Virus record (IMG/VR): IMGVR_UViG_3300027911_000017 | Location: 1 to 54,126 of that record | From: a virus | Lineage: Duplodnaviria; Caudoviricetes | Reading direction: 5' to 3' (one strand) | DNA length: 54,126 nucleotides | Shown: positions 19,234-28,004 of the stretch, piece by piece | Layout of the letters: the number at the start of each line of letters is the position of its first letter | How positions within the stretch are numbered: the first letter of the stretch is position 1 | Notes under the pieces: model-generated | Told to the model about the DNA's origin: nothing | Seen by the model: the letters and a program-made list of their open reading frames with translations, nothing else | Database searches by the model: none | Translations under genes and position numbers: made by a program

Positions 19234-19394
19234 TACTCCTCCAGTTTCCAGACATGTAAAAGACGCTTAGGATAGGCTATACCGTGTTCCTCGAAAAGTC
19301 CCGTTCGATAGATACACTTCCACCCCTTAAGCATCCAGTCCTTCTCTACCTGATTCCTCTCCTCGTCCGTACAAACAGAGTAGTCTATTTTCAT
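19233..19394 (-). CDS. Small hypothetical protein (53 aa, MKIDYSVCTDEERNQ...)
   Basis: Not in the ORF track; fills the gap with ATGA and TAATG coupling at both ends; GGAGG RBS. Confidence 0.65.
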   Translation of the reverse strand: MKIDYSVCTDEERNQVEKDWMLKGWKCIYRTGLFEEHGIAYPKRLLHVWKLEE

Positions 19395-21901
19395 GCCACC
19401 TCCTTGTAGGGTTTAGTTTCACCCCAGCTTGCACCGGGGGCTGCTACGCTGAACTCCGCTGGAACATAGAACCCGCCCATTGCTTGATGCGGTTGCGTCA
19501 TTACAGCTTTGAGACATTGAACTACTTCCTTTACCATTTCCTTTGGACATTCAACTACAAGAGAGTCATGGACTTGTAGGAGTAGCTTCGCTGGATAGGG
19601 AAGCGGAGCCAGTACCGGGGAAACCTTGAGAGCCAACTCGACAGGCCATCCGATACGTTCATACATGAGTCCAATCATTCCCCGAAAGCAAATGTCTGCC
19701 AAGGTACTTTGAGGGAGGAAACTTAGAGATTCACCGTAGAGCCGATCCGTCCAGAACCAACGCTTACGGCCAAATACATTTGTCAGTACCCCTTCTTTGG
19801 ACGCTTGACCAGAGACACGCTCCTGAAAAGCTACTGTAGGTCCATTAGCTAGCTTCCACTTAAAGAGCCATTCACGTACATCTTTCTCGGGAAGGTCCAG
19901 AGTCATTGCTATTTTTCGAGGACCTTCCCCGTAGTTGATTCCATGCGTAAGCTTCTTTGCTCGTCCATAAGGAGCATCTTGGCTGTTGTCTTTAACAACT
20001 TCATTGTAAGGTATGTCGAAGAAGATGGAGGCATTGAGCTTGTGCTCACTGAATCCCGGCTTAGAAAGATTCTCAAGGCGTTGTTTGTCATCTGCATACC
20101 ATGCGGTTAATCGGTTCTCTCCCTGACTGAAATCAGCTTCAACAATGCACCATTCAGGGTCAGAGGGTACGTATATGTATCTAGCAGCGGGTGGTTGGTT
20201 CTGCATGTTGGGGCCGCTGCTTGAAAGCCTACCGCTGTTTGTCCCAAAGGGGGAGAAGTGAGGAGCCACTCTTCCATCCTTGATTGCCACGTCCTTTCCA
20301 TCTTCATCCTTGACACCCTTCACGAAGCTGGAAGCTAACTCATCCAAACTACGTAGTTTACGTAAGGCTTGAAGTATTCTCTTGATCTCCGGGTCTTTAG
20401 ACTTGTTAATCAACCGTTCAATAGCTACTTTGTCCGTGGACACTTTTTTAGTTTTGGTATGGAGTTGCTCAGGAAGTCCGAGGGTTTCATACAGATACAC
20501 GCCGACCCTTGCTGGGCTACTCCACGGAGTAACTCGTTCACTACTTGGAACATGTATGAATTTAACTGGTTTTCCAGATTTGCCAACTGTTCCCTTTGGA
20601 GCAGGTTGCCTGACACGGATGGATTTATCATAAGGCTTAAGTCCCTCTGGAAGTGCTTCTTCAAGTTCCTTGATCTCAGCCAATAGCTTTACACGAATAG
20701 CCTGAGCTCGTTCGCCACTTGTGTGAATGCCTGTGGTTTCCATCAAGTGACATATCTTTGCCAGCGGGACCTGAGTATACTTGTATAGGTCCAAAAGATT
20801 TTGACTAGCTAAGATTGGGTGCATCGCACGAAAGGCTTGGTCAGTAACATCCACGTCACGCGCACAGTAGAGTTCTTTATCTTCGTGGCTTAAGTGCTTC
20901 CAAGCTGGTTTGTTGGAAAAAATAGAGCCAATGTACTCAAGGTCATGGGGAGCATCCGGGGATATCAAGTGATGCATCAAAACGGTATCCCAGATTTGAG
21001 CTTCGGGATTTAACTTGACACCTACTTCATCCAGATGTGGCAGGTCAAACATGATAATGTTTTGACCAACTATTTGATGGGCTTCTCGAAAAATGCGCTT
21101 GATCTCGTCAATGTAAGCCCCCCGAAAAGGGACTACGAGTACTTTATACGGTTGGGCACAGAGACCAATCATTGTAATCTGATTGGTGAACATGTTGGTT
21201 TCTATGTCGAATGTGAACTTAGGAAAGCGAAAGTCTATTAAGTCTTGAATGGTGGGGTTAAGGTTGTAGTTCTCAGGCGGTTGCGCTGTACCCTTCTTCA
21301 AATCAGATATGACCGCCGGAATCATTCCCTGACCATACTGCATGATGAAGCTGGGATGCAACGTGGGAACTACTCTTGGGTTTCGTTCTCCTCGAAGAGG
21401 AAGGGGGGAGCCCCGCCATTTTTGAATTCCCTCAGTCTTTCCTGTAAGGATATTAAGAGCGTGTGCTCCAAGAGCGTTAATGCGCTCCCACGGGCGACTT
21501 TGCAAAACAGGTCGAACATGGTGTTCATAGCAATGGTTAACAGCTTTTGCTGCGTCAGACTCTGATATGTATTTTCGTCCCCCTGCATCTGTTGGAAAGA
21601 CATTGTTAGGGGGTCTACAGTTGATACAGTTGATGATAGAGAGGTCATCACGTTTGATACCAGCCTTTCTAGCCAAGCTGTCAAAGAACTTCCCGGCTGT
21701 ACCTACAAGGGGCTTGCCTTCAAAGCTTTCAGTTTCCCCCGGTGCTTCAGCCACTACTAGGCGTAGGGAAGGACCCCGTTGGGGTGGGACGAAGTTTTGC
21801 TCTGCTCCTATGTGTTGAATGGTACGATTCTGCTTAACATAGGTCGTATCCACCTTTAACATGGGACAGCCTTGACAACCGGGATTGTTTTTAACCTTCA
21901 T
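19391..21901 (-). CDS. polA: Family A DNA polymerase with N-terminal uracil-DNA-glycosylase-like domain and 3'-5' exonuclease
   Basis: UDG family-4 motifs (CxxC, AEAPG, CRPPNN, TLHPS); Exo FDIET, NIIMFD, YCARD; polymerase motifs ADFSQGE, RAKKLTHGINYG, QVHDS. Confidence 0.92.
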   Translation of the reverse strand: MKVKNNPGCQGCPMLKVDTTYVKQNRTIQHIGAEQNFVPPQRGPSLRLVVAEAPGETESFEGKPLVGTAGKFFDSLARKAGIKRDDLSIINCINCRPPNNVFPTDAGGRKYISESDAAKAVNHCYEHHVRPVLQSRPWERINALGAHALNILTGKTEGIQKWRGSPLPLRGERNPRVVPTLHPSFIMQYGQGMIPAVISDLKKGTAQPPENYNLNPTIQDLIDFRFPKFTFDIETNMFTNQITMIGLCAQPYKVLVVPFRGAYIDEIKRIFREAHQIVGQNIIMFDLPHLDEVGVKLNPEAQIWDTVLMHHLISPDAPHDLEYIGSIFSNKPAWKHLSHEDKELYCARDVDVTDQAFRAMHPILASQNLLDLYKYTQVPLAKICHLMETTGIHTSGERAQAIRVKLLAEIKELEEALPEGLKPYDKSIRVRQPAPKGTVGKSGKPVKFIHVPSSERVTPWSSPARVGVYLYETLGLPEQLHTKTKKVSTDKVAIERLINKSKDPEIKRILQALRKLRSLDELASSFVKGVKDEDGKDVAIKDGRVAPHFSPFGTNSGRLSSSGPNMQNQPPAARYIYVPSDPEWCIVEADFSQGENRLTAWYADDKQRLENLSKPGFSEHKLNASIFFDIPYNEVVKDNSQDAPYGRAKKLTHGINYGEGPRKIAMTLDLPEKDVREWLFKWKLANGPTVAFQERVSGQASKEGVLTNVFGRKRWFWTDRLYGESLSFLPQSTLADICFRGMIGLMYERIGWPVELALKVSPVLAPLPYPAKLLLQVHDSLVVECPKEMVKEVVQCLKAVMTQPHQAMGGFYVPAEFSVAAPGASWGETKPYKEVA

Positions 21902-22116
21902 TAACTCTCCCTCGAAACCTTCTCAATCTCTGCCGCTGTATCCCGATACCACTTGCGTCCTGCTTCGGTGATCTCATATACTGTGCGACTTTGTACGAAC
22001 CCACGTTCCTCCAACGGTACAAGCTTAGCTTGATCTACTGGAAGCCCTGTAGCTACTGCCGCTAGAACACAGTGATCCTCAAACCTCTTGCTATCTGCTT
22101 TCGTCCACTTTGTCAT
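21901..22116 (-). CDS. Small hypothetical protein, possibly winged helix
   Basis: LEERGFV..YEITEAGRKW resembles a wHTH wing; GGAGG RBS. Confidence 0.55.
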   Translation of the reverse strand: MTKWTKADSKRFEDHCVLAAVATGLPVDQAKLVPLEERGFVQSRTVYEITEAGRKWYRDTAAEIEKVSRES

Positions 22117-22124
22117 TACCCCTC

Positions 22125-22211
22125 CTAGTGCTTTAATCTCATGTATAACCAGAGTATCAGTAATGTGACCCAGCCAAGAGTCACAATGGTACTACGCAGA
22201 GTGTTAGCCAT
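22125..22211 (-). CDS. Tiny membrane peptide (28 aa, MANTLRSTIVTLGWVTLLILWLYMRLKH)
   Basis: GAGG RBS, single hydrophobic stretch; not in the ORF track. Confidence 0.45.
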   Translation of the reverse strand: MANTLRSTIVTLGWVTLLILWLYMRLKH

Positions 22212-22224
22212 TTAACCCTCTCTT

Positions 22225-22256
22225 AAAAGTAAAGGGGCAGTTTTAGGCTGCCCCTT
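22225..22256 (-). terminator. Rho-independent terminator after the SSB gene
   Basis: GGGGCAG/CTGCCCC stem followed on the minus strand by TTTACTTTT. Confidence 0.65.
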
Positions 22257-22281
22257 CGGTAATTTAGTAACGTGGATTGTG

Positions 22282-22740
22282 TTACGCGGCTGGTCCAACA
22301 GTGAAGATACCGAAGAACGGGTCTTCTGTCTTTTCCTCATTTGTCTTTGAATCCTTGTAGACTTTGCCCGGAATCACATCTGCCGTGATTCGAGCATTGC
22401 CGTTCAAGGCTACTCGGTTGAGGTATCCGGAAGGATTTTCCCCCGGAAGTGCATCCACTCCCAAAGAGATTTCAAGCTTCTTAAGGGCTTGAGCACTCCA
22501 TGCAAGGGACTTGCCTGACTTGGTAACTGCTGTTGGGTCAGGATATGTGGCGAACATAGGCCTGCCTGCGTATTCGCCTTCGGTAACATCGAAGCGAACA
22601 TTAAGCTCTTCGATGCCATTGTACGGATTGATACGAATACTGGCTCCGGGCTGCAAGGTAAAGACATATCCCTTGCCTGCTGGAACTGGCGCTGGCCTTT
22701 CGATTTTTGTATCGCTAAGCGATACGGACTCCCATCCCAT
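22282..22740 (-). CDS. Putative single-stranded DNA-binding protein (DUF669-like)
   Basis: PVPAGKGY..LNVRFDVTEGEYAGR pattern; downstream of the Sak4-like ATPase; GGAGG RBS. Confidence 0.6.
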   Translation of the reverse strand: MGWESVSLSDTKIERPAPVPAGKGYVFTLQPGASIRINPYNGIEELNVRFDVTEGEYAGRPMFATYPDPTAVTKSGKSLAWSAQALKKLEISLGVDALPGENPSGYLNRVALNGNARITADVIPGKVYKDSKTNEEKTEDPFFGIFTVGPAA

Positions 22741-22779
22741 AGTGTACTTCCTCCGTTGTGTAGTTTACTTCGATTAAAC

Positions 22780-23052
22780 TTAGGTGCGTGTAATACCTGT
22801 TGAATGCGGGTCATACTGCCCCGGAGCTAGTCTAGGTAAGACTGGATGAACATTAGGGTCCGGAAGAGGTAAGGGAGTAATCAACGGTTGTTGTACTCCC
22901 GGCCTCACGTCAGGCAGAATCTCATCCCTTGCATGTGGGATAGTCATATCCAAAGGTTGCCCTTGACGCGGGTCCAATGGTTGAATATCCATATGAGATG
23001 ATCCAGATTCCGGATTGTACTTGCTTAGTGGTACAGGCTTGTCATTAGGCAT
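22780..23052 (-). CDS. Proline-rich hypothetical protein
   Basis: 90 aa, co-oriented, no obvious RBS. Confidence 0.4.
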   Translation of the reverse strand: MPNDKPVPLSKYNPESGSSHMDIQPLDPRQGQPLDMTIPHARDEILPDVRPGVQQPLITPLPLPDPNVHPVLPRLAPGQYDPHSTGITRT

Positions 23053-23207
23053 AAGAGGGTGAGGCTTTCTCGCTCGAAGAAAGCGAAGGTAGCCTCTGAC
23101 CTAGGGAGGAGGTACTCGGCACATCCTCTTTGCAGAGGACGCCACCCACTGGGTCGCGGGTCAGACGTTGCCCAGATTTATATTGCCTTTCCCTTCTCCC
23201 AAACTTG

Positions 23208-24053
23208 TTAAACCGCTTTAGCTGCTTGAGGATTCTCCATCAAGAACTTGGTATAAGTATCAGTAGCTTGCTTCAATATCCAATCAAATGTCCCCGTACC
23301 TTTCTCTAGGTCAAGGATCACTTCAGGTGGAAGGAAGCTAAGGCCTTTATTACTTACAGACAATCTGTTCTTGGAGAGAATTCCTCCTGTGTTCTCTGTA
23401 ACAAAGTACCGTTCGTTGTATCTACTCTTGGCATCTCTGGGATCGCGTAAGACGGACCTTGTGCGTAGGCAGAGAACAAGGTCAAACATAGCGGTTGACC
23501 CAAGAAACATCTGTCCCGGTAAGTCGGGTCCAACGAGTGTCTCGCCTCCGTTGTCTGCATCGGGTTTATCTATTCTTAAGGTGGAAGTTACAATGATGTG
23601 CTTAGGTTGATCTAAGAGCTTTTGAATCAGCTTTCGAGTTAACTCCGCCATAGTACCATAGTCATCTAGCTCTGGTACTCCCAAGGCCCTCTTCTGGGAC
23701 TCACCTTTAGTACGTGGTAGAGATAGAGCCTTGTCCTTTACGAAGGTCTTATTAGCCCAACTCAAGGAATCCAAGCCTACTATATCATAGGGCTTTCCGG
23801 GGTTTCCTGTACAGAACTCTTCGAAGTCCGCATAGTTGTTAAGCTCACAGTAGTCGAAGCCAGCATGAGCTACGGATAAGAGACCTCTCCCGTGTCCAGT
23901 CTCACAAGAGCCTACAAGCAACTTATGAGCGGGAGAGTTAGCCGTAGATAGGAAGGTAGTCTTACCGGACCCCGGAAACCCGTAAATCAGTATCTTTAAC
24001 TTAAGCTTTTCGGGAGCTACTAACTCCCTTGTATTCTGTAGCTTTAAGGCCAT
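23208..24053 (-). CDS. AAA_24 / Sak4-like NTPase (recombination)
   Basis: ILIYGFPGSGKTT Walker A, GLDSLS, DYG, GPDLPG, FDLV. Confidence 0.8.
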   Translation of the reverse strand: MALKLQNTRELVAPEKLKLKILIYGFPGSGKTTFLSTANSPAHKLLVGSCETGHGRGLLSVAHAGFDYCELNNYADFEEFCTGNPGKPYDIVGLDSLSWANKTFVKDKALSLPRTKGESQKRALGVPELDDYGTMAELTRKLIQKLLDQPKHIIVTSTLRIDKPDADNGGETLVGPDLPGQMFLGSTAMFDLVLCLRTRSVLRDPRDAKSRYNERYFVTENTGGILSKNRLSVSNKGLSFLPPEVILDLEKGTGTFDWILKQATDTYTKFLMENPQAAKAV

Positions 24054-24287
24054 TTACCCTCTCAAGGATTTCAAATAGGCAGGATTCGCGTAGCGAAGTG
24101 CAAAGTGTAACCATAGCCATGTCAAGAAGGGCAACGTAACCCACCAAGGAACCCAACGACATGTAACTTGTGTCAATGGAGGAGTATACGGGTCCTGTCC
24201 CAAAACTCCCCATAGTTCATACCCGGCAAGTATGGTTAGAATAGCTATCCAACCAATGACATATTTATGATCCCAGATGGCTGACAT
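24054..24287 (-). CDS. Small membrane protein
   Basis: 77 aa with two hydrophobic segments; GAGG RBS. Confidence 0.65.
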   Translation of the reverse strand: MSAIWDHKYVIGWIAILTILAGYELWGVLGQDPYTPPLTQVTCRWVPWWVTLPFLTWLWLHFALRYANPAYLKSLRG

Positions 24288-24441
24288 AACTACCCTCTTA
24301 TCAATAGGTTGAGCGACCCGTATCTATAGTCCCGTCGGTGAATCTAGGCGAGTCGCCCTTGGAGCGAGGCTGATATGAACTCAATCATCATAGCCCCCTT
24401 CAAATCAGTCACGTTACGTGTCCAAATCGTTCTACAACAAA

Positions 24442-24469
24442 GTTACGTACACGCGGCGATTTTGTGACA
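24442..24469 (-). promoter_or_regulatory. Putative phage-sigma promoter (TGTCACA-N15-CGTAAC) facing the replication operon
   Basis: One of three copies of the conserved bipartite motif. Confidence 0.65.
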
Positions 24470-24499
24470 GATTTTTTGAAAATAAATGTAAAAATATTT

Positions 24500-24528
24500 T
24501 GTCACAAAACACCCCCGGCAAACGTAAC
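24500..24528 (+). promoter_or_regulatory. Putative phage-sigma promoter (TGTCACA-N16-CGTAAC) pointing antisense toward the sigma gene
   Basis: Second copy, back-to-back with the minus-strand copy across an AT-rich spacer. Confidence 0.55.
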
Positions 24529-24573
24529 TTCGTTGTAGCCCAACGGAAACGAAGTTAACCCGTAGGGGTGTGT

Positions 24574-24690
24574 TTAATGAATAGAATGGAAGTAGTTGTA
24601 AACAAGGTAGATAAGTCCCCAAATAGCCCCAATGACCGTTATCTCCAATAGAAACAACACGATAGATACTGCTGTCTCGAATTTTGACAT
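24574..24690 (-). CDS. Small membrane peptide (38 aa, MSKFETAVSIVLFLLEITVIGAIWGLIYLVYNYFHSIH)
   Basis: AGGAG RBS; hydrophobic; not in the ORF track. Confidence 0.6.
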   Translation of the reverse strand: MSKFETAVSIVLFLLEITVIGAIWGLIYLVYNYFHSIH

Positions 24691-24721
24691 TGTTCTCCTA
24701 TATACTTACACTAGAATAATT

Positions 24722-24838
24722 TTAGTCTCCTATGAGAAAGCTATAAAGAAAGCCTACCCAAGCCATCAACCCTAAAACTACAAGGGGTATCCCAAAAAGA
24801 ATTAAAACAGCTAATGCAACACTTTCAACTATGTTCAT
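24722..24838 (-). CDS. Small membrane peptide (38 aa, MNIVESVALAVLILFGIPLVVLGLMAWVGFLYSFLIGD)
   Basis: GGAGG RBS; hydrophobic; not in the ORF track. Confidence 0.6.
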   Translation of the reverse strand: MNIVESVALAVLILFGIPLVVLGLMAWVGFLYSFLIGD

Positions 24839-24936
24839 CATTCTTCCTCCTTATCGCCCTGCGCGGCTCACGCCGCTAGGGCACGAACGCCCTACGGGTA
24901 TGGTGTACTGAGGTAGACTAGGACCCTTTGGGTGGA

Positions 24937-25473
24937 TTATTCTGTTGTAAAAGTAGTCCCACCCACAAGGGTCCTTAGCTTCTGTAATATCCGGCTATAC
25001 CGCTTCCTACGATGCTCATCGGAGATACCTAAGTACCTGTTTATCTCCTCTTTGTCTTCTACGTGAAGATGCGTGAGGACGAACTCCCGATCTTCTAAGT
25101 CTAGTTTACTCAACAGATTACCTAGAAGAAGATGCCCCGACTCTCTTGAGTAGGCTTTAACATCCTTATCCTCAGCTCCGGATAATCGTTGTTCTTTTAA
25201 GGTTTGTGAATGACGCAGCATGTCTATGCAGACATTGGAGGCGATAGCGTAAACCCAAACAGCAAAGCTACCATTCTTTTCATCGTAGCTATCGAGGTTC
25301 TTAATAATCCTATGTGCCGCTTCTCCTACGGCATCTTCAAGATAATAGAACCTGTTACCGAATTGAGAGGCGATGATGGCTTTTATGTAACGAAAGAGGG
25401 CTTCCCCAAATATAGCGTAAGTTTCCGGGGATAAATTATCTTTATAAGCCCTGTATGCGTCATTTATTTTCAT
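24937..25473 (-). CDS. RNA polymerase sigma-70 family factor, ECF-like
   Basis: Region 2 EDAVGEA..NLDSYD..GSFAVWVYAIASNVCIDMLR; region 4 LSKLD..EINRYLGIS..RILQKLR. Confidence 0.85.
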   Translation of the reverse strand: MKINDAYRAYKDNLSPETYAIFGEALFRYIKAIIASQFGNRFYYLEDAVGEAAHRIIKNLDSYDEKNGSFAVWVYAIASNVCIDMLRHSQTLKEQRLSGAEDKDVKAYSRESGHLLLGNLLSKLDLEDREFVLTHLHVEDKEEINRYLGISDEHRRKRYSRILQKLRTLVGGTTFTTE

Positions 25474-25726
25474 GGTCTTCCCCGGCGTGCTCGAACCAAT
25501 CATCTCTAGGTTCGGGAACAGTTTCTTCTACCTCTTGCGTATAGAGATTTGGGTCAGGGTTATCCAAGAAGTTTTCCTCTATCGCAATAACTGCATCGAG
25601 ATAACTTAATTGATGCTTAAGGTCTTGTGCTCGTTTTGAGGCGGGAAATTCATTCGGATATTCTTGTCGTAGACGAGCTACCGTTTGTTTCCATGTTATG
25701 TTTACTGGGGGGTCTGGTCGAGGCAT
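25460..25726 (-). CDS. Hypothetical protein
   Basis: 88 aa, AGGAG RBS, overlaps the sigma start. Confidence 0.65.
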   Translation of the reverse strand: MPRPDPPVNITWKQTVARLRQEYPNEFPASKRAQDLKHQLSYLDAVIAIEENFLDNPDPNLYTQEVEETVPEPRDDWFEHAGEDHENK

Positions 25727-25753
25727 ACTTCTCCTTTTAAGGTGGGTAGTTAC

Positions 25754-25927
25754 TTACTTGACAATACCGTGTTCTGGATTCCTCTTGGCAGGAATACTAA
25801 ACTCTTTCCTTTCCATCTTTGCGTTACATATTTCACAAACAGGAGCTTGAAAGTCCTCCGGATTACCGTGAATAAACCGCTCGCGTGTGTTGAGGCATCT
25901 GGAACATTCATATTCAAATATGGGCAT
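25754..25927 (-). CDS. FmdB-like zinc-ribbon protein (57 aa)
   Basis: MPIFEYECSRC..CEICNAKMER; AGGAG RBS; not in the ORF track. Confidence 0.75.
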   Translation of the reverse strand: MPIFEYECSRCLNTRERFIHGNPEDFQAPVCEICNAKMERKEFSIPAKRNPEHGIVK

Positions 25928-26243
25928 GTACACTCCTTCTATTCAACGTATATGCAGTATTTATAACCTTCAGCTTTTCAGGCGGTAACTTAAGGGCAAA
26001 CGCATAGCGAAGAGTACTCTGACAACCCTTCTTATGATTACACTCATAGCAACAGGTTACTGTGAACAGATGGCAGGTTCTCCCTTTCATATACTGTTGC
26101 AAGCTGATTCTACGTAAAGGCTTAGGAATAATATGATCCCGCGTATAGGTATGCGCTACACACTTATGACCTGTACGATACGTCTCCCGATTACAGTAGA
26201 AGCACTTACCCATTGCCCATTGAGTAAAGAGAGGGTTCCTCAT
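25914..26243 (-). CDS. HNH endonuclease
   Basis: CFYC..TRDHIIP..CCYECNHKKG. Confidence 0.8.
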   Translation of the reverse strand: MRNPLFTQWAMGKCFYCNRETYRTGHKCVAHTYTRDHIIPKPLRRISLQQYMKGRTCHLFTVTCCYECNHKKGCQSTLRYAFALKLPPEKLKVINTAYTLNRRSVHAHI

Positions 26244-27208
26244 TGAATTATAGGTACGTCTCCCAAGTCTAAATAGGGTGTTTGAGGCTGAAACTTCTGT
26301 TTAAGAATATCATCGGACCAGCCATAGGTATGAGGCAAATAGAATTCACACTTACCCCAACCTTGCACACAGGCATTACGTTTAGCAGGCCAGAGAGTAT
26401 TCTTAAAGAGTTGTTCATGCCGTTCAATCTCATCTGCGGTGAATACCAAGTCCCTAATGGCGATCTTAATCTGTTCCTCCGACCGTTCTAGTCGTTGCCT
26501 ATCAGGAAACATAGGACCTTCTTGCATTTTGTCACTGGGACGAGTCAAGACATTAACAAAGAAGTTGCCAATTTCTTCCTTATATATCTTAGATGCTGCC
26601 CATAGATACAGAGTTGCTTGATCGTCGGCTGCCCATTTCTCAGGGCTGTTACTCCTAGACCTGCGCTTCTCTGTCTTATGATCCATAATGTTGAGGACAT
26701 TACCCTTACCTGCTATTTCCTTACGAAAGGTGAGGTCAATTTTACCGGAGTAAACATGTCTATCGCCCGGATAACTATAGTGACACTTTTCACAATAAAA
26801 CCAGCGCACTCCAAGAGGTTCTTTGAACCGTTCTTCATATTGTTTATTGACGCCATCCTCAATTCCTTGAGTATAACATTGAGGACATAGGTCAGGCAAA
26901 GCTACCTTAAACGTCCTTTCCACATCAACAATCTCAAAGTCCTCCACAGGATACTTCTGCCTGTAGGCAGAAATAATCATATACGCCTCTAACTCAAGAG
27001 CTTCATTGGGGCTAGGACTATGCGGAGCTACCTGTTCCCCTTTAAGTTCCTTGTAGAACTCCTCAAGTAACTCATGTACCCGTGAACCCAGTCCAAGAGA
27101 TGTTACCTCATTTACTTGAGACTTGGGTTCTAGCTTTGCTATGCGCTTCTCAAAGTACAGAAGTGGACACAGTCTAAATTCATTTGCCGCGCTATTATCA
27201 ATTATCAT
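26240..27208 (-). CDS. PD-(D/E)XK exonuclease, Cas4/RecB-like
   Basis: FRLCP, GSRVHELLE, GKIDL, IMDHKT, QATLY and C-terminal C..CEF; inserted CPQC/CEKC pair. Confidence 0.8.
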   Translation of the reverse strand: MIIDNSAANEFRLCPLLYFEKRIAKLEPKSQVNEVTSLGLGSRVHELLEEFYKELKGEQVAPHSPSPNEALELEAYMIISAYRQKYPVEDFEIVDVERTFKVALPDLCPQCYTQGIEDGVNKQYEERFKEPLGVRWFYCEKCHYSYPGDRHVYSGKIDLTFRKEIAGKGNVLNIMDHKTEKRRSRSNSPEKWAADDQATLYLWAASKIYKEEIGNFFVNVLTRPSDKMQEGPMFPDRQRLERSEEQIKIAIRDLVFTADEIERHEQLFKNTLWPAKRNACVQGWGKCEFYLPHTYGWSDDILKQKFQPQTPYLDLGDVPIIQ

Positions 27209-28004
27209 CCGGAACCTCATCTCCACATTTCTCTGCACCCCATTGTTGTTTGGAAGTGTTAAAGAAAGCGAATTCTTTATGTATATCATAGGTTGCGGGA
27301 TCCCACCCGTTAACCCAATACTCTGCTTCTGTTCCAGTGTCTACATGCTTATAGTTATGAGTCTTAAGTGTCTCTAAGACCTCAGGCGGACTATTCAACG
27401 GGATACGATAAAGTGTAAAGAATCTGTAAAATTGATTCCTGCGAAAAGGCAGTTCTCCAATTTTGAAACCGCACCCACTGTGCGCGGTAGTGAGATGATG
27501 GTAGTGTTCTAAACCACGTCCCGATTTACCTTCGTAGTATAAAGGGTTATCCATCCAAACCTGTCGCCGGGGTCGTGGATGCCGCTGAAAGTCATTATTT
27601 CGCTTCCACCATAAAGTTAGTGGCCTTATCTCCCCGTGGTGCGAAGGCCACCAATTATTCATTCTAGCTATTGGAACGAATCCACAGGAGCTAAAGAGGC
27701 CTTCCGCCTGATGAGCACCTGCCGCCAGATAAAAAACAAATTCAGTTTTTATCCTGTTAACTTCAGGGTTAGGCTGAGAACCCTCCGGACGAAAAGGACT
27801 TTCTGAATCCACCTCGATCAAATCAGGATAATGAGCAACCGTCCCATATATCGGTTCATCTTTCTTTGAAGCTTCAGGTAGCCCGTTGAGTGCCAAAGCT
27901 ACAGGCTGCCAAGCGGCTGCCACAACTCGCCCTGCAACTCGATCCTTCACAGGGATAACATCACTCTCAGGCAAAAAGGGGTCTTCATCCACCCATTTCC
28001 TCAT
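27198..28004 (-). CDS. Hypothetical protein of the amidoligase cluster, possibly GNAT-like
   Basis: AHQAEGLFSSCGFVPIARMNNW..LTLWWK resembles a GNAT C-terminal motif; GGAGG RBS. Confidence 0.5.
   Translation of the reverse strand: MRKWVDEDPFLPESDVIPVKDRVAGRVVAAAWQPVALALNGLPEASKKDEPIYGTVAHYPDLIEVDSESPFRPEGSQPNPEVNRIKTEFVFYLAAGAHQAEGLFSSCGFVPIARMNNWWPSHHGEIRPLTLWWKRNNDFQRHPRPRRQVWMDNPLYYEGKSGRGLEHYHHLTTAHSGCGFKIGELPFRRNQFYRFFTLYRIPLNSPPEVLETLKTHNYKHVDTGTEAEYWVNGWDPATYDIHKEFAFFNTSKQQWGAEKCGDEVPDDN

Noticed and set aside
23060-23175. HDV-like ribozyme or tRNA-Cys resemblance (CCUCCUC, CUGGGCAAC, CUGCAAA)
   Set aside because: Element order, J4/2 and P2 do not fit the HDV fold; no T-arm, acceptor stem or CCA for a tRNA. 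Kept only as a generic structured RNA.
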